NCBI GenBank assembly: GCA_051294375.1
Contig: CM119264.1
Span: 27,229,340 to 27,293,339, forward strand
Reading direction: 5' to 3'
DNA length: 64,000 nt
Origin: Paraspadella gotoi
Taxonomy: Eukaryota > Animalia > Chaetognatha
The number at the start of each line of letters is the position of its first letter. Position 1 is the first letter of the stretch. The translations under genes were made by a program, and so were the position numbers. The notes under the pieces are model-generated. The model made no database searches. It was not told the origin of the DNA and saw only the letters and a program-made list of their open reading frames with translations. This document shows positions 60,301-64,000 of the stretch, in pieces.

Positions 60301-63300
60301 TGCCGGACGTGGAGGACTTGTTGGAACAACTCAAAGAGAGGGAGGCTCAGTTCGTTTCCGAAGAAGATCAGAGATTAACGTTTTCTCTGTCGGAGCGTTT
60401 CTTTCCCTTTTTGCGACTCGCGAGGTTGGAAGATGGAGATCGAGAGAATCGCAGCTTTAACGGGGAAAGTGTTGCCGCGTTGGGTGAAGAGCGGTTCATG
60501 AGATTCGCCGATGCCGACAATCAAGGTTGTCAAGTGTATTTTAATAAAGGAGAAATTGCAACGTATATTAAATTATACTAAATTATTTTCTTGAATGAAA
60601 TTATAGATTTCGTGACTGTCCTCTGCAAATCGCTCTTGTCCTCGGGTTTAGTCCGAGAAGCGATCGTCTCCTCCTGCGACGAACTGCTCGACGTAGACTA
60701 CGACTTCGCCTTCCCTTTTCTTCCTCTCGTCGTGGAATCGGCGTTGAGCGGCGGCGAAGTGGATTCCAGTGCGCGGACTCTCCTCTCCGACCGGATCCGG
60801 GAATTCTTCGAGTCGGTGCCGAGTGAGAGTGGGACTCTGACGAGGAACGAGCGGAGAGCAACGGAGGCATTGCTCGGCGTCGTTGCGTACTTAAGACTGA
60901 GACAGCGCCCGCGTGTTGCCAGGTTTGTAGATGGATGACCTTTACAGAATCTGAGATTCGTTCTAACCAAATTTGTCGCATCCTCGCAGGTCGAGATCTT
61001 CCCCTCCTCCTTTCACCGACTGGGCCAACGAGTTTTGGCTCGAGTTGGATCACCTTTGCGTCTCCAAGGCTGCCCTCGCCTGTGGACAACCCTTTGCGGC
61101 AGTCATGTACTTGGAGTTGTGGGTAAAGCAACGACGAAAGAACGACGGCGTGGATGAAAATTCGCAGACGAAAAAGGATATTTTGAAAACGAATTCGGGG
61201 TAAGTGATTTTTATCTTGAAATAGAAAGTCCTTTACGTGGGCTTCGCGTGCGCAACTTATTTTTAAAAATACTGTGGTGGTATATTCACACCACCTCACG
61301 TCCACGATTCGTTCGGCCAATTACCATTGGCTCAGAGGGGGAACACACCATCCCAGGCCTTTTGTTCCATCCAAAGTCAAAACGACTTCCCTCTGCGTTG
61401 GCAAAGCGAGACCGTCCTAGGGTAACCGCGCCAGTGACTGGATGTATCACTGAGGGTCGGAAGCCCCCAAAGCCAACAGTGAGATGCCCCAACTCAATGG
61501 GCATCACAGGCAACCCGGCTGTTGCCATAATACTTTTTTTTTTGTAGATATTCTGGATCTGTGTCCTCTCATTTAAGCGCCGTATATGCTGCATTAGGGG
61601 AATCAGACTGTATTTATGGCTGTGGTTCCGAACTTGTAGCAAATCCCAAGGTAACTTTGCTGTGAATCCAGAATTTGCCTTTTTCTTACTTAAACCATAT
61701 CTATTCTTACATAGGACGCCGTTTCGCTTTACATTTTTGAGAAAAAGTGGGATTCGGCGGCGTCCTCGGCCAACTGCCTTCCTCCCCATGACGCCGCGGC
61801 GCCCCTCGCCAAGTCACTCGTCAACCTCAACCTCCCTAACGTCGCTTTCGATTTTCTGAGTCGAGCCGCGAATTCTTCCCGACTTTGCGCCGAAGAGTCG
61901 GAGATTTTTTACGAGAGCGCCATCAAGCTTTCCAAGTGGAACCTGGACATCGTTCGAAGTCAGTCTAGGTATGTCTAGGTGTGACAATATCAAGACTCGA
62001 GAATGACATTTTTCATCTGTTATTTTTAATAATTTTTTTTTCCTTTAAACAGCAAAGGCGCTTCTTCGAAGGCTCCTCCATTTTATCAGTGCATCTACAA
62101 TTGCCTCTCCGGAATAAAGATCGGAAACCTTCGAGCGGTGGAGGAGTTCGAAGGAGTGGCGATCCAGTCTCTCTTGGAAGATGTCAAGGCCTCGTCTCAT
62201 AGCATTCACTCGGTCAATCCCATCTTGACCAAAGCTAAAACATTCATGGTAATGGAACGATAGTGTTTTTCCAATTTTTCTTTTATTTTAATTTGTACGT
62301 TTCTTGGTGCAGGATATTTGCGAGCTACGTCGTTTGGCAATTGATCCCACGACGACGCCTTTGGAGTGGCGTTCCCTCGCCACAGCTTGGAAGGCGGACT
62401 GCGATTCCCTTCGGCGTCAAGACTTTTCAGTGGCCGACAAAATTATCGCCGTCAGGCTGGCCTGTTCCGATGCGGTTGAGAGGATCGTCGAGTCGTCCTT
62501 TTCTGACTCTCGCGAGAATTTTTCTAATTCGTGGCGCCGAGAGAAGTTGAAACTAGTCTTCGATCTCTGCAAAATCTCTCGAGATCAGGGATGGCATCAC
62601 GCGTCGAAAGGAGCCTTCGCCAGGCTTGGCCAGATGCTTGAGGAGGATCAAGGGGCGAGCCTTGTCCCTTACTGGGAGTTGGAGGAGCCTTCTCTCTATT
62701 GGGAAATGGGGGAAGAGGAAAAGGCTAAGTTTTTGTTAAGAAGAGTCATCGAGGGAGAGACGAAGAGCCAATCTACGCGACTCGTCGTCCCCCTGGCGCT
62801 GAACACGATGGGAGCCTGGCTTTCCGAAAGTAATATGGCGAGGTAAGTCTGGTTCATTCGCGGTTTCGCTTTAGTTTTCCTCAATTGTCGAATCTCTTTC
62901 TTAGTTCCACGACGATCAACGACGACTATCTGCAACGCTCCGTGGATATGTTAAAGCAGACCTCGGCACTCTACGAATCAAAGTCGGACAAAGAAATCCT
63001 CAGTCGCATCCACTTGACCGTGGCCAAGTTCGCCGACGCAGAGTATCAGAGTATCAAGGATTACATGGAGAGCAGTCTCTACGCGGAGAAGCGACAGATC
63101 ATGTCCGAACAAGAGGCAGAACTAGAGGGGTTGATACCCTTGCGCGGCTCGCTCGGAAAAGGTAAACTGAAATCGGCAAATGTACTCATCTGCTGATTTT
63201 TAGATTCTATCGACCAATATTTTTTGTTCTCCTCTTTGGGCAGACGATCAAAAATACCTGACTATCATGAAGAGGACCCGCGACCAAGACGCGAAGGCCG

Positions 63301-64000
63301 ACGACCGAATGATCAAGAGGCGCCGCGAGTTTCTGGCTAAAGCGTTGGAGCATTTTCTCGTCGCCCTCAAGCTCAACGCCTCCGTTTCCGATATCGATCC
63401 CAATATTTTTCGAGTTCTCACTCTTTGGTTCGACAATGCGGATTTGAAGGAGGTGAATCACTTTAACAGACATATTAGGGAAAATAAAGTGACGTAGGTA
63501 CGCATTAAACCGAAAAACTATGTAATAACGAAGTCAGAAACAAAAATTTAACGAGTAAAGTTCAGTACTACAATATGTAAATAAAATTATAGCTTTAATC
63601 TCATTTTAGATCACATTCAAACATCATTTTTTACATTCCTCTCAAGATAACGGAACTGGTCCTCAATCTCGGCAAGGAGATTCCGCCGCACGCCTTCCTT
63701 CCCGTGGTGACTCAGATGGCGACTCGGCTCGGCGACGCGGAGGGCAGCGGGGATGCAGAGGCCGCTTTTCAAAATGCACTCAAGAGAATCCTTGCCCGCG
63801 TTTGCAAGTATTGTCATTCAGTATTGCAACAGTCAGATTATGCCAATCGCTGAATAATATTTCGACTTCACAGGGTTCATCCCCACCATACCATGTACGC
63901 TTTATTCGCTCTCGTCAACGCCAACAAAGAAGAGGAAAAGGTTGGGAATGGCGCCTCTGGCGGCTCCGCCCCTTCAAACGATGACAGAGCTCGGCTCAGG
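51221..64000 (+). CDS. ATM: ATM kinase (PIKK), 5' part; kinase domain lies beyond the window
   Basis: TAN-like N-terminus (LERGTITDRRKA, FTWDSVF), VDPGSRWA, FWLELDHLCVSKAALAC, GESDCIYGCG, FRVLTLWFDN, FLPVVTQMATRLG, HPHHTMYALFALVNANK. Confidence 0.93.
51335..51392. repeat. (TAA)n microsatellite in ATM intron 1
   Basis: Direct reading. Confidence 0.95.
55067..55277 (+). mobile_element. Twister-bearing SINE/retrozyme-like element, copy 2, in ATM intron 55015-55312
   Basis: Homologous to 41293-41424 (reverse strand). Ends UAUGGUGGCG/CGUUGCCAUA can pair. T-loop hairpin ACCGUGAG-UCCA-GGGUUCAAUCCC-CUCACGGU. Confidence 0.85.
55143..55225 (+). ncRNA. Type-P5 twister ribozyme fold
   Basis: GUGU(55153)-GA-UGG-[AGUCGGCA]-UAA(55170)-ACAC-GC-CAGUGAC/GUCACUG-CAGG-UCCAAAGC-CCUG-A. 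P2, P3, P4, T1 and T2 all pair; P1 and P5 are imperfect. Confidence 0.88.
56137..57225 (+). CDS. PDCD2L: Programmed cell death protein 2-like, intronless, nested in ATM intron 55649-57399
   Basis: VLLG, TKYGGACD, CRICG...QIYCP, FHRTIYLLAC, YEK...HGDAAFQRF, PSQILRYS, CQSCGSKRIFELQLLP, DFGTALVFSCEKSCW. Confidence 0.93.
   Translation: MASNFPKPPVLLGVPDEPVASPQDSNYTTTKYGGACDPIPPLTRRDFRRSCRICGRSSQLISQIYCPWSESPFHRTIYLLACTHRDCWNKEEGWVALRGQAISVDVESRVTTEKKADIFELDDEWGDEEDDADDIDFPLRNLSSTRVTLQDSAVDESEDVGNRRQDNSESAKICQDVIEEGNVTEEHFQPFYMACVEDEGSHEVTDGHVQQLLMNYNRSEGVAEDIASMLEDKCQIDGFGIEKYEKEVARHGDAAFQRFVDTIARNPSQILRYSLGGDPLLMEPMSQAVAPCQSCGSKRIFELQLLPTMVNFLRADSELSIDFGTALVFSCEKSCWNVDELRLVEERVVLQSEPGREFVMGN
61273..61528 (+). 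mobile_element. Twister-bearing element of a second subfamily, in ATM intron 61200-61548
   Basis: Flanked by AATAC direct repeats (61268-72, 61529-33). Ends TGTGGTGG...GTTGCCAT resemble copy 2. Contains a twister fold. Confidence 0.75.
61397..61477 (+). ncRNA. Type-P5 twister ribozyme fold
   Basis: GUUGGC-AAA-GCGA-GA-CCG-[UCCUAGGG]-UAA(61423)-CCGC-GC-CAGUGA/UCACUG-AGGG-UCGGAAGC-CCCC-AAA-GCCAAC. P5, T1 (CGG/CCG) and T2 are perfect; P2 and P4 each have one mismatch. Confidence 0.88.

Noticed and set aside
61534-61543. Poly-T after the third element as a Pol III terminator
   Set aside because: Adequately explained as the polypyrimidine tract of the ATM acceptor at 61548.

Overview
Compact, intron-rich animal genomic DNA with GC/CpG-rich exons and short AT-rich introns; the organism cannot be named from sequence alone. 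About 5.9 kb of non-coding DNA with microsatellites is followed by 19 genes and one likely pseudogene, all on the + strand and mostly 130-440 bp apart. In order: RRM-Tudor protein, eIF3g, two tandem RBBP4/7 paralogs, POLE2, HMCES, PSMA5, Claspin, gamma-tubulin, a RIPK1/Imd-like pseudokinase-death domain protein, GET3, an F-box protein, LHPP-like phosphatase, DDX56, a decayed ATP-grasp gene, RPL24, PIG-X, SETD9, and ATM (runs off the end), with an intronless PDCD2L inside an ATM intron. The most notable unannotated signal is a set of small intronic elements (about 210-260 nt) that carry circularly permuted, type-P5 twister ribozyme folds. Three clear copies (41.3 kb, 55.2 kb, 61.4 kb) show compensatory changes in P2, P4 and the T1 pseudoknot, and there is one decayed intergenic copy at 4.9 kb. 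Their P1 is reduced to a 6-8 nt palindrome or near-palindrome, which suggests dimer-dependent cleavage. The one-directional tight gene packing with AG acceptors before start codons suggests operon-like, trans-spliced transcription. All folds, gene models and counts were made by hand; no searches were run.
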